Positions 32,361-44,650 of a DNA stretch of 49,354 bases are shown in pieces; position 1 is the first letter of the stretch; each line of letters opens with the position of its first letter. The stretch comes from Nemertoderma westbladi (taxonomy: Eukaryota; Animalia; Xenacoelomorpha). The notes below the pieces were generated by a model that was not told where the DNA came from, did no database searches, and worked only from the letters and a program-made list of their open reading frames with translations. Where the stretch lies: NCBI GenBank assembly GCA_032718475.1, contig JAUCBJ010003589.1, forward strand, positions 1 through 49,354, read 5' to 3'. The position numbers and the translations under genes are program-made.

Positions 32361-33994
32361 TTGGAGAGATATGAGATATTAATTTCAAGAAAAATTACGC
32401 GATTCCTAAATTTGTACACTACCCGGTTAAAAAGTACGCATGTGATGGGATTAGTCCCACAATTGCGCCAATAAAAGATAAGTTATTTTTGGTAAAAATA
32501 AACTTATCATTCGAGGTTAAGACCCCTAGATCCCTTCTTATAATAAATGTATAATAACAAACACCTCGAAAAATACAGCTTGCCAACACATTGTTACTAT
32601 CAATTACTAGAACGCCATCAAGATGGCTTTAAACGAACCTGTCTTACACAGACTCCAAGAAACAGATGGGATTGGAAGATGCAAACCAAGAATGACTTGC
32701 ATCAACCAAAAAACTGCCTCCCATCTAATGTAATACACTTCGCCTAGGCAAACAAATCATAATCACAATTACTACGATGATGTGTGAAATGGTATCCATA
32801 TCCGCAACCTGAGAAACGGCCCAAAAGAGCAGTTTATTCTGCGGAGGGGTCTTTTCTGTATTAGATAAATAAAATAAAGAACACTATAATTACAGTATTT
32901 ATACCTGATACATTCTCAGTTAGCCTAATAAAAACATCGGAGCAACCAATATAATGTACATGTACAAGCATCCTATGAAAGTTTGTGAAATGTTCCCTAA
33001 GTCTACCCAACAGCCGTTGGTACCCGGCTGGCAGCCACCCTGGTTCAGTTTTATGGTTTTGTTAGTTTAATCGACAGCTGTTGTAAACGTCCCAGATATA
33101 CAAAACCTACTAAGCCTTTGCATTACAATTGAGCTTAGCCTAAGTTGATGACAGTATTATAACGATGACAATTAGGCCCTATAGATACATACGATATATA
33201 AATGATGTACTGCTTGACATTACACTAACTGGCTGAATAGAGATAGAACTATAATAATACGTTGGGCATTCTGTCAGATTTCAGTAGTAAGTAACCTCAT
33301 AATAATTGCTAAATATCAATCACCTGAAAAACATTTCAAGCAAGGGAGTTGTGGGTATTTAATTTCGCGTTCAATAATGTTGAAAATATGCAAATATTTC
33401 GAATATCGCACTTCGAATCGTTCCCAACTTTTTTATTCAACAACTAGACAACAATTGATAAATACTTGCGTTTACAATTTTACAATGCATGCAAGTGGTT
33501 TCAAGCCATTTGGTGAACATACATAGTGACATATATAGTGATATAGTGATATAGGTAAATATATATATCCATCGTGTTTTTGCCGGCCTCAGCTTTAGAC
33601 AAAAACTACCCAGTCTAAAGACAGGTTCGTTATAAGGCATTGATGTTATGATAAAGGCCCTAGTGAGAGAAATAAAACACGGTTTTATTCTTGTATTAGT
33701 TTAACTTTTATTCCATATTGGTACATCAAATTCAAAAGTATTCCACAAATAACGGTATTTGGCCTAGGTACAGCAGTACAGTACAGTATGCACAAAGTGA
33801 CATGGTAATATGGTAACGCCTACTTTTAGGCGCCGTTGCATAACGTCCTTCAGTATAGCCGCCATGTTGCTGTGGTTGACATATTGGAACATTGTTAAAT
33901 AAAAAATATTTGCCTATTATAGAGAGATTTATATGATTTTCTAAGTGTAATACAAAATACAATACAATATTTTATCAACTCTTAGATAAAATAC

Positions 33995-34463
33995 AATACG
34001 AAAAAATACGAAACGTTTTTCGTATTTCGTATCGTATCTTGGATTTTTCGTATCGTATCGTATTTTCTAAAAATTGCATTCGTATCGTATCGTATCGTGA
34101 AAAATTGGTTCGTATCGTAACGTATTTTCGTATCATATCGTATCGTATCGTATCGTATCGTATCGTATCTTGAATTTTTCGTATCGTATCGTATTTTCTA
34201 AAAATTGCATTCGTATCGTATCGTATCGTGAAAAATTGGTTCGTATCGTAACGTATTTTCGTATCATATCGTATCGTATCGTATCGTATCGTATCTTGAA
34301 TTTTTCGTATCGTATCGTATTTTCTAAAAATTGCATTCGTATCGTATCGTATCGTGAAAAATTGGTTCGTATCGTATCGTATCGTATCGTATCGTATCGT
34401 ATCGTATCGTATCGTATCGTATCGTATCGTATCGTATCGTATCGTATCGTATCGTATCGTATC
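33995..34463. repeat. (CGTAT)n microsatellite within ~125-130-bp units x3
   Basis: TTTTCTAAAAATTGCATTCGTATCG...GAAAAATTGGTTCG recurs three times; pure pentamer run at 34368-34463. Confidence 0.95.
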
Positions 34464-35088
34464 CTGTCCCTGCCTGTAACTATAGTCAAACTTGATTGTG
34501 ATCGTTTTAAATGGATTGTGTGAAGGCTTGTGAATTTTTTAAACTGTATGTTGAACTGAATGAAACACGAAATATAAAATATACGATCACTCCAAACTCG
34601 ATCGCTAAACTTCGCCGGTAATCGGTATAATGGTTCGGATTAGGTATACTTTAACAATGTACGACAATTGTCACCTAAATAAATAGGTCGTGGGGTCCTC
34701 AACCCGTATAGTAGTCAACATCAAGGTCAACTTTATATTTTACGAAATTTAAATATTTAGCATGAGCGACCTTGAAAATGTCAAGCTACCCTGAAATTTA
34801 ATTCGACTCACCAGATTCTGTCTTAACAAATACCTTATCAACTTCTCAAACTCAAAGTTTATGGACTGAGATTTCACAACCCACATTATTGGCAATTTTG
34901 TCCTGGTCAATTTAGCTATAGCAATTCTGTACTTTAAAATAGCTAAACGTTCTAGAATAATGTATTGAAAATATTATGTTAAATACCGGTAATTTGAGCA
35001 AAATTCATACACACACTCAAAAGTGTCACTTTGGTGTTTGTGGGGCGTTCCAAAACAGAACTCAATTAATATCCAATATTGGTTAGTA

Positions 35089-35646
35089 CTCTGGAGAACC
35101 GAATATACGGGGTGCGGTGGCTGGAATAAACGTGGTGGGTAGAAAATTTAACATACTTAGTAAACATACAGTGTAGGCGCACAGGTACAGTTTGTAGTAC
35201 CTGCGGTTACAGGTGGTATACTCGGTACACGGTTTTTGATTTCTTTCACTTTCAACTCTCAATTATTAGAGTGCAACCTACTACAGTAGTACCTGCGGTT
35301 ACAGGTGGTATACTCGGTACACGGTTTTTGATTTATTTCAATTTCAACACTCAATTATTAATATGAGTGCAACCTACTACAGTAGTACCTACGGTTACCG
35401 GTGGTATACTCGGTACACGGTTTTTGTTTTCTTTCATTTTCAACTCTCAATTATTAATATGAGTGCAACCGGTTATTTACTCATAATAAAAAGTGTACTA
35501 AATTTTTTAGATGTTTGTAATTAGGGATAAGATAATTTTTAAGATTTTAAGATAAATTTTAAGATAATCTGGAATAAGAGAATTGTGGGTGGATTTTTTT
35601 TCAAAAATTAATTGCCGTGTCGCCCCGTCTATTCGGGACTCCAGAG
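35089..35646. mobile_element. TA-flanked MITE (Tc1/mariner-like) with an internal ~93-bp x3 tandem repeat
   Basis: TA-CTCTGGAGAACCGAATATACGGGG...CCCCGTCTATTCGGGACTCCAGAG-TA. Repeat GTAGTACCTGCGGTTACAGGTGGTATACTCGG at ~35194, 35286 and 35382. Confidence 0.75.
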
Positions 35647-35905
35647 TAGTTGAGCTGCTCTCTATTTAAATTAATAAATATTCCAGGACATTAAATTATT
35701 TAACATTGAGAAAGACAGCATCAGGAGTTGAGGAGCAGGTCTACAAAAATTGGAATCGCTGTAATTACTAGAAAATACTATACATTCATTAGATACATAC
35801 TGAATAAGATACAGAGTGCACATTTAACGAACTACATAGTTCGTTCAATTTATTTTGTAACTCTATTTCGTTCAATCTTTTATTAAAGAATTAAACAACA
35901 AGAAA

Positions 35906-38276
35906 GTTTCTCACATACTATGACTGGGTTTCTCATACTATGACTGGGTTTCTCATACTATGACTGGGTTTCTCATACTATGACCAGGTTTCTCATACTA
36001 TGGCTCTGATTCTCACAATATAGCTGAGTTTCTCATACTATGACTGGGTTTCTCATACTATGACTGGGTTTCTCATACTATGACTGGGTTTCTCATACTA
36101 TGACTGGGTTTCTCATACTATGACAAGGTTTCTCATACTATGGCTCTGATTCTCACAATATAGCTGAGTTTCTCATACTATGACTGGGTTTCTCATACTA
36201 TGACTGGGTTTCTCATACTATGACTGGGTTTCTCATACTATGACCAGGTTTCTCATACTATGGCTCTGATTCTCACAATATAGCTGAGTTTCTCATACTA
36301 TGACTGGGTTTCTCATACTATGATTGGGTTTCTCATACTATGACTGGGTTTCTCATACTATGACTGGGTTTCTCATACTATGACTGGGTTTCTCATACTA
36401 TGACCAGGTTTCTCATACTATGGCTCTGATTCTCACAATATAGCTGAGTTTCTCATACTATGACTGGGTTTCTCATACTATGACTGGGTTTCTCATACTA
36501 TGACTGGGTTTCTCATACTATGACTGGGTTTCTCATACTATGACTGGGTTTCTCATACTATGACTGGGATTCTCATACTATGACCAGGTTTCTCATACTA
36601 TGGCTCTGATTCTCACAATATAGCTGAGTTTCTCATACTATGACTGGGTTTCTCATACTATGACTGGGTTTCTCATACTATGACTGGGTTTCTCATACTA
36701 TGACCAGGTTTCTCATACTATGGCTCTGATTCTCACAATATAGCGAGTTTCTCATACTATGACTGGGTTTCTCATACTATGACTGGGTTTCTCATACTAT
36801 GACTGGGTTTCTCATACTATGACAAGGTTTCTCATACTATGGCTCTGATTCTCACAATATAGCTGAGTTTCTCATACTATGACTGGGTTTCTCATACTAT
36901 GACTGGGTTTCTCATACTATGACTGGGTTTCTCATACTATGACCAGGTTGCTCATACTATGGCTCTGATTCTCACAATATAGCTGAGTTTCTCATACTAT
37001 GACTGGGTTTCTCATACTATGATTGGGTTTCTCATACTATGACTGGGTTTCTCATACTATGACTGGGTTTCTCATACTATGACTGGGTTTCTCATACTAT
37101 GACCAGGTTTCTCATACTATGGCTCTGATTCTCACAATATAGCTGAGTTTCTCATACTATGACTGGGTTTCTCATACTATGACTGGGTTTATCATACTAT
37201 GACTGGGTTTCTCATACTATGACTGGGTTTCTCATACTATGGCTAGGTTTCTCATACTATGACTGGGTTTCTCATACTATGACTGGGTTTCTCATACTAT
37301 GACCAGGTTTCTCATACTATGGCTCTGATTCTCACAATATAGCTGAGTTTCTCATACTATGGCTGTGTTTCTCATACGATGACAGGGTTTTCTAACACAA
37401 TGGATGGGTTTCTCACATTATGGGTGGGTTTCTTATATTATGCTGTTTCTCAACTATGCTGGTTTCTCAAACTATGACTGGGTTTCTCAACTATGCTGTT
37501 TCTCAACTATGCTGGATTTCTCACTATGGCGTTTCTCACATATGGGTTTCTCATATAGGCTGTTTCTCAAACTACTGTTTCATCTATGGCTGGGTTTCTC
37601 ACTATGCTTGGTTTCTCATATATGCTGGTTTCTCATACTACGGATGGTTATCTTATATTATGACTGAGTATCTCACAATATAGCAGGGTTTCTCATATTA
37701 TGGCTGGGTTTCTAACAAACCATGACTGGGTTTCTAATACTATGGCTGGGTTTCTCATACTATGACTGGGTTTATCATACTATGGCGGGTTTCTTACAAT
37801 ATAGCTTGGTTTCTCATACTATGGCTAGATTTCTCATACTATGGCTAGATTTCTCATACTATGGCTGGGTTTATCATACTATGACTGGGTTTCTCATACT
37901 ATGGCTGGGTTTCTCAAACTATGACTCGGTTTCTCATACTATGGCTGTGTTTCTCAGTCACAATATAGCAGGGTTAATCATACTATGGCTGGGTTTCTAA
38001 CAATATAGCTTGGTTTCTCATACTATGGCTAGATTTCTCATACTATGGACTATGGCTAGATTTCTCATACTATGGCTGGGTTTCTCACAATATAGCTTGG
38101 TTTCTTATATTATGGCTGGATTTCTCAAACGATGACTGGGTTTCTCATATTATGGATGGGTTTCTCATACTATGACAGCATTTCTCACACTATAGCTGTG
38201 TTTTCTCACACTATAGCTGGGTTTCTCACATAATAGCTGTGTTTTCTCACACTATAACAGGGTTTTCTCACACAAT
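35906..38276. repeat. 20-bp satellite (GTTTCTCATACTATGACTGG) with higher-order structure
   Basis: Homogeneous to ~37380, degenerate afterwards, with recurring variant monomers. Confidence 0.98.
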
Positions 38277-38292
38277 ATTCGAATCAACTCAC

Positions 38293-38407
38293 GTCTGTAA
38301 AATCCCAAAGTTTCACTGATCCATCCTCAGAGCCGCATACTACTTGTGTATCGTTGTTGCCAAGGCAACACTCCAGTTTGTATTCGGTATTGGTGTGTCC
38401 GGTATAC
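38293..38407 (-). CDS. WDR83: WDR83 exon 6
   Basis: YTGHTNTEYKLECCLGNNDTQVVCGSEDGSVKLWDF; AG/GT borders. Confidence 0.93.
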
Positions 38408-38659
38408 CTGGATCGGAAATAAAATCAATAGCCAATCCTAACAGTTACGTACGGACGGATGCTACTGGCGATTACAGAAAATTTGTTAAATAAAAAATTA
38501 ATAATATTAATTAGATTTTTTTTTAATATCTCAATACCCTGAGAATTAGGAGAATTTATGTGCGAATTAAAATCGATAATAAATAAAATTATAAATTTAA
38601 TTGTGTCATTGAAACTGTGTTAAACAATTGAAGATGATTCGTATTATTCACCAACTTAC

Positions 38660-38768
38660 TCGTTCAACAATTCTCCAGTGTCCCTGTCTATTAATCTAAG
38701 AGTAGAATCTAGTGTCGCCACAAGTAGACATTGGGTATCGCGAGTAAACGCAACACACGTAACGGATT
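38660..38768 (-). CDS. WDR83: WDR83 exon 5
   Basis: SVTCVAFTRDTQCLLVATLDSTLRLIDRDTGELLNE; AG/GT borders. Confidence 0.93.
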
Positions 38769-39649
38769 CTAGAACATAAGACGGATATTAATTAAAACAA
38801 TAGCTAAATCAGCGACTGCTTTATCAGCTGATATTTTAAGCAGCCCATCAGTGACTAGAAGGTCACTACTTGTCGTATGTTTATCGTGATCGTGAATGGG
38901 TTTATCATTAATTCTCGCTTTTTGTTTACGCATTGTTGGGGCAACAAACCAGTATTATATCCGTTTAATCCTGATTTTTTGAGGTAATATACTCGAAACA
39001 TGAATTTATTTAAGATTGTGAAATATTATGAGAATATACTAGCTAGTAATCGATTGTACTAAGAAACTATATATTTAAAGCATTGCTACGCAAGGTGGAA
39101 CTGCGATGGAAGTAGCTAAACTTAATCTTTACGTTTTGTGCTGATTTTTGAGAAGCCTACCGTAGCGGATTTCAATTTCACTCCATAATGATTTCCTTAT
39201 GCCATTTTATTATCAGTCTGTTTGGATTTGCCCAATAATAAAGTTAGACCAAAGCTTGCGTAAGAATGCGAAATTAAAATCATTAAGGAAAGGAAATTGA
39301 GATGCATTACTGTATGCCAAATTAAATAATTATTTTCAAAAATAATTGTTGCTTTTTACTGTAGCCTGAGAGTGGCGAACTTGTAGCATTGGAGGCGGAC
39401 AACAATGGCTATAAGATAACCTTCCGTTTTGTCTTTAAAGGGGTTTTTTTGAGTCGAAACTACAAAAATGAAAGTTTGTAATAATATGATATGTGGAAAC
39501 AAAACGACAGTGGGTGGTGTTGAGCATCGAACATAAATACAAACTAATTGATTTATCATGTTAATCATTGACAGTACTGTACAGCAAACCTCTGAGCATG
39601 AAAGTAACATATTTCTTAGCCATCCTCAGCAAAAAGCTCGAATTAATGA

Positions 39650-39816
39650 TAAACTAATTATTGTCTGTTCGAGAACGGAATATACGGATATAATACCTTG
39701 AGCAAATAAATCATGTATAACTACTTCGGCCTACGGCCTCAGTAGTTATACGGATTAATTTGCTTCAGGTATTATAGCCGTATATTCCGTTCTCGAACAG
39801 TCAATAATTATAGTTT
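39650..39816. repeat. ~165-bp near-perfect palindrome (Crypton-like non-autonomous hairpin element)
   Basis: Arms TTATTGTCTGTTCGAGAACGGAATATACGG / CCGTATATTCCGTTCTCGAACAGTCAATAA with centre GGCCTACGGCC. The family label is tentative. Confidence 0.65.
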
Positions 39817-40383
39817 ATTTATAGAATGAATGGGTGTTCTTAAATCGCTTATTATTTTTTTAAGTGTATTGACCACTCAACCACCCCCCCCCCCCCCCCA
39901 CCCCCCCCCCCCCCTCACTTTGTCACGTCGCACAATCTATACCAAATTTAATAACTTTATATAAATCACGGTGATTACCAGTTTAGGGATTATGTCATGG
40001 CTATAACACAGGGCTAATGTACCTACAGTTAGATTATGGGGTTTATTATCCGCCAAAACGTTTCACAAAATTGGGAAAGAATAAAGTGTTGCATCATATC
40101 AGATATACACAATTTCGATATCGTCAAATATAATAATATTATATATACGCCCCCAGTCGGGGCAAATGGACATATTATTAACATATTATTTAAATTATTA
40201 AAATTTGAGTTTATAAATATTATAAATATAATTAAATAATATAAAATATAAAAATACATCATGAACCGTAATATAGTGTCATTTTCTGATGACACGGACC
40301 CCCCCCCCCCCCTCCCCAACTTTTTCTACAAATCTTTATCATGTTGCTTGAAATTTGAAACACAACTAGTTCAACTCACCGTG

Positions 40384-41454
40384 CCGCAGCTCCAAACCAA
40401 AACCCAGTAAGTACATTTTTTGACTTTTCGAGATAATCGCGTTTAAAGTTTTTGGACTTTAAACAGCTGGCATTTGGTTAAAATTTAATTTGATGAGTTA
40501 TAATTTTGTGTACCTTTACAAATTGTACATATATATTAGTGCCAAAACTTTTTTTTTAAATTTATTCTTTACTTTTCATATAAATCGACTTACACGGTTT
40601 TGGTATGGTAGAAAAGAAAATAATTGTGATTTTTGATGCATCAATACCCAGTAACGTCATGATTCCCATTTCAAAACACAGTAACTAATTTGCCCACACC
40701 AAAACCCAGTAAACTAACATTTAACTTTTCCAATCAGTTACCTTTCCCATGCCAAAACCAAGTAACTGACAAGTCCCTTCGCCAAAACCCAGTAACTCTG
40801 ACTTCCTTCGCCAACGGTTAGCGAAAACAAAGAGGCAACATTCTAGAATATAATATTCTAGAACATTTAATTATTTGTCTACGTCTGTTGCGTTGCCGGA
40901 GTTACTGGGTTTTGGTTTGGCATAGTATCTGCATTCGGGAAATCCCACGTCAAAACCCAGTATCTCAAACTGCTGGAAACCCAGTAACTCTGTTTACTGG
41001 GTTTTGACGTGGTAAATCTGACATTGACAATATACATACTGGGTTTTGACTTGGACAATTTGTCTTTCGGAAACGATACTCGATTTTGTTCAGAAAATAC
41101 CAGGTGAAAACCCAGTAAAGAATTTTGCTCGAAACCCAGTAAGTGCAGTTACTGGGTTTTGGCGTAGGATCTTGGGATTTTTGAGCACATACTGGGTTTT
41201 GATGGAGTAACTTTTTCAAAATAACACCAGAAAGGATACACGAAACCCAGTAACTAGCATTACTGTGTTTCGACGTGGTATTTGCTCTAAATTAGCTAAT
41301 TAGTTAATTAATTAATTGTTAATACTGCGAAATCGGTTAGTGCTATGGTTTCGAAACTGAGTCAGATGAATTCTACGCCCCCAAAAACCCCAAAAATCGA
41401 AAAAAATAGATTTCGAAAAAAATTGACATACTGGGTTTTGGTTTGGAGCTGCCG
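40384..41454. mobile_element. Nested non-autonomous DNA transposon, 4-bp TSD CGTG
   Basis: TIR CCGCAGCTCCAAACCAAAACCCAGTA / TACTGGGTTTTGGTTTGGAGCTGCCG and many AAACCCAGTAA motifs. The empty site is visible at ~46661. Confidence 0.88.
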
Positions 41455-41644
41455 CGTGGTTGATCCCATGAGGCCGGAATTTTCGATTTTGCCTTTAAAT
41501 TTTTTTTATAAGCGTTTTAAAAAAGTGTCTTTTGCGAAATCGCACCCTCCGTAACGTGGCCATTCTTCACTTTAGTCGTAATATCGTTTATCGTTATCGT
41601 AGTAGGCAACAGCAAAATGCCTACCCAATAGATCTACTGTGTAG

Positions 41645-42454
41645 CCATTGCCTACTATATTTATACGGCCAAACAGGTCACTTGAAGTGGCCTCTTAAAA
41701 TGAGGCCAGTTTTTTTTAACAATATTTTGATATGGGGTATTTCATTGATATTTCATTTTCTGCAATTTGGTCAACGGACGTAATTGAAGTCTCTTCGTTA
41801 AGCAAGATACTAAATTTTATGGTAGCAGCTAGTGTTTTAGATAGGTTTAGCTAGTAATTTCAACACTGGTTCCGACATCCTACTTCCCTCTATAAATATT
41901 TTGTAGTAGCTAGTTCTTATTACTATTTGTATAGAAAATATTCCAGAACATGTTAGCTATTCATTTAAAAAAAAAATATGTTCTAGAACAAATATTTTTT
42001 GTTCTAGAACATATTATTGATTTTCAACACGTTTTAGAACGATTCCATGCGTTTTAAATAGAATCCAGATTTTTGTCAAAAAAATGTTCTAGAATAAAAA
42101 ATATTTGTTCTAGAACATATTTTTTTTTTAAATGAATAGCTAACATGTTCTGGAACATTTTCTATACAAATAATAACAAGGACTAGCTACTACAAAATAT
42201 TTATAGAAGGAAGTAGGATGTCGGAACCAGTGTTGGAATTACTAGCTAAACCTATCTAAAACACTAGCTAAGCTACCATAAAATTTAGTATCATACTTAA
42301 CGAGGAGGCTTCAATTACGTCCGTTGACCAAATTGCAGCAAATTAAAAATTATATAACTCTCCCAATATCAAAATATTGTTAAAAAAAACTGGCATCTTT
42401 TTAAGAGGCCAGTTCAAGTGACCTGTTCGGCCGTATAAATATATTAGGCCATGG
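41645..42454. mobile_element. Nested foldback MITE, 5-bp TSD TGTAG
   Basis: The 810 bp are almost wholly palindromic; ends CCATTGCCTACTATAT / ATATATTAGGCCATGG. Confidence 0.85.
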
Positions 42455-43039
42455 TGTAGCTATTCATACTTAAACAAATTGTTCCAGAATATTGTGTATT
42501 TATTAAATAAAATAAATGGCCTCCAGTGAACAATAATTCTTGCAATCTTTGAACGCCTATTTCTCAGCTGTTTCTCAACGAAATTCAGATATTGTTACAT
42601 ATTTGGAATCCTTTCAACGCAAGCTTTCTATTGATGTGAAAAAATTACGACTAAAGTGAAGAATGGCAATGATACAGAGGGTGCGATTTCGCAAAACACA
42701 CATTTTTAAAACGCTTATAAATAAAATTTAAAGGCGAAATCGAAAATTCCGGCTTCATGGTAACAACCACGGTGAGTTGAACTAGTTGTGTTTCAAATTT
42801 CAAGCAATATGATAAAGATTTGAAGAAAAATTTGGGGGGGGGGGGTCCGGGTCATCAGAAAATGACACTATATTACGGGTCATGGTGTATATCATAAAAT
42901 AATGAAAAGTAAAGCCATAAGTGGCTTGGGAGGGAAATTTAAAAAAACGCAGGAATTTCTGAAAAAAAGGTAAAGAAGATGAAAAAAGATACGCCAGTAA
43001 CGATTATTATGTAACTTCGGTAACATAAGATCAACTTAC

Positions 43040-43234
43040 TGCCCATAAAGTCAATGTGGAGCGACCCTTTGCGAATATCGTAGCAGTATATCCGGCCATC
43101 TAGAGACCCGGCGAGGATACAGTGGTCGGACACGGCGAGTGTCTGCACCGAGTCGGTACTGTCGGACAGTGTCTGACAGGGGCTGCCGGAACGGGACCGA
43201 TTGTCCCATAGATGGACGAGGGCGTCTGTTGAAG
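43040..43234 (-). CDS. WDR83: WDR83 exon 4
   Basis: STDALVHLWDNRSRSGSPCQTL...VSDHCILAGSLDGRIYCYDIRKG; AG/GT borders. Confidence 0.95.
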
Positions 43235-43809
43235 CTGAATATATAATTAAGGCGATCAGGACAATCGAAAGTTATTAATTAAAATATAAAAAAAAAAATA
43301 AAAATTACAGGGTTTATATTTTGCGAACGCAACTTTTGATGGCTTTTTTAACGTAAATCTTAAATTTTATTACATTTTTAAAGATATCCCAAGTGAATGC
43401 ATGAAAAGAGCTTTGCTCTACGTAAAATACCGCGTAAACCTCACTCGCTGCGATCCCAGGTGTATTTCCATTCTGAACATCAAATACACCAATAATTGTG
43501 TAAAAACGCCATCGAAATAACGCCCCCCTTACAATTAAATAAGCAACTTAAACGCCTTCGACGAATAAACTCCTCGGCGTTTAATAATATTACAATGTGG
43601 GGCGAGCCACGATTTGTGAGAGATGCCCATAGAAACACAATTACTGAGATAAACAATTATTATTAATATAGGGAGGGACAAATATCGTGTCGACAAATGT
43701 CTGTCTGTCTGTTTAACAACATTCTTTATTAGGGTATTTAGATTCAAAATGCTGAAAATATAGAACATAAACATAAACGCCCCTACTAGATCCACACAAT
43801 TTGGAACTT

Positions 43810-44615
43810 AAACGCCTCCCCGAATAAACGCCCTCCCCGAATAAACGCCTCCCCCGAATAAACGCCTCCCCCAAATAAACGCCTCCCGCGAATAAACGTC
43901 CTCCCCGAATAAACGCCTCCCCCGAATAAACGCCTCCCCCAAATAAACGTCTCCCCCGAATAAACGTCTCCCCCGAATAAACGCCTCCCCCGAATAAACG
44001 CCTACCCGAATAAACGCCTCCCCCGAATAAACGCCTCCCCCGAATAAACGCCTCCCCCGAATAAACGCCTCCCCCGAATAAACGCCTACCCGAATAAACG
44101 CCTCCCCCGAATAAACGCCTCCCCCGAATAAACGCCTCCCCCTAATAAACGCCTCCCCCGAATAAACGCCTCCCCCGAATAAACGCCTCCCCCGAATAAA
44201 CGCCTCCCCCGAATAAACGCCTCCCCCGAATAAACGCCTCCCCCGAATAAACGCCTCCCCCGAATAAACGCCTCCCCCGAATAAACGCCTCCCCCGAATA
44301 AACGCCTCCCCCGAATAAACGCCTCCCCCGAATAAACGCCTCCCCCGAATAAACGCCTCCCCCGAATAAACGCCTCCCCCGAATAAACGCCTCCCCCGAA
44401 TAAACGCCTCCCCCGAATAAACGCCTCCCCGAATAAACGCCTCCCCCGAATAAACGCCTCCCCCGAATAAACGCCTCCCCCGAATAAACACCTCCCCCGA
44501 ATAAACGCCCCCCTCGAATAAACGCCTCCCCCGAATAAACGCCTCCCCCGAATAAACGCCCCCCTCGAATAAACGCCTCCCCGAATAAACGTCCCCCTCG
44601 AATAAACGCCTCCCC
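43810..44615. repeat. 18-bp minisatellite (CGAATAAACGCCTCCCC[C]) x~45
   Basis: Direct reading; core homogeneous, edges variant. Confidence 0.98.
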
Positions 44616-44650
44616 AATTGGCATGATTAAAAACTGTTAAGTTGTAATGG

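Larger units (their letters stand above)
31827..32604 (+). mobile_element. Retrozyme / non-autonomous Penelope-like insertion: 413-bp unit in 1.6 copies plus inverted 5' segment
   Basis: 31937-32191 repeats at 32350-32604; 31827-31942 is the reverse complement of ~32021-32136. Contains A/B boxes and a hammerhead. Confidence 0.85.
31471..34472. mobile_element. Non-autonomous hAT-type DNA transposon with (ATACG)n subterminal arrays
   Basis: TIR CAGGGACAGGATACGATACG (31475) / CGTATCGTATCCTGTCCCTG (34472). The 8-mer CCTGTAAC is at 31463-31470 and 34473-34480. Four extra nt (CATG) at the left end. Confidence 0.8.
40257..42887. mobile_element. TA-flanked long-TIR MITE (CACCATGACCCG family) carrying two nested elements
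   Basis: TIRs match the uninterrupted copy at 46544-47264. Confidence 0.88.

Noticed and set aside
34133-34523. RYDTI / IVSYR repeat ORFs
   Set aside because: Translations of the (CGTAT)n subterminal repeats.
43808-44624. 269-aa Gly/Arg-rich ORF
   Set aside because: Stop-free frames of an 18-bp intronic minisatellite.
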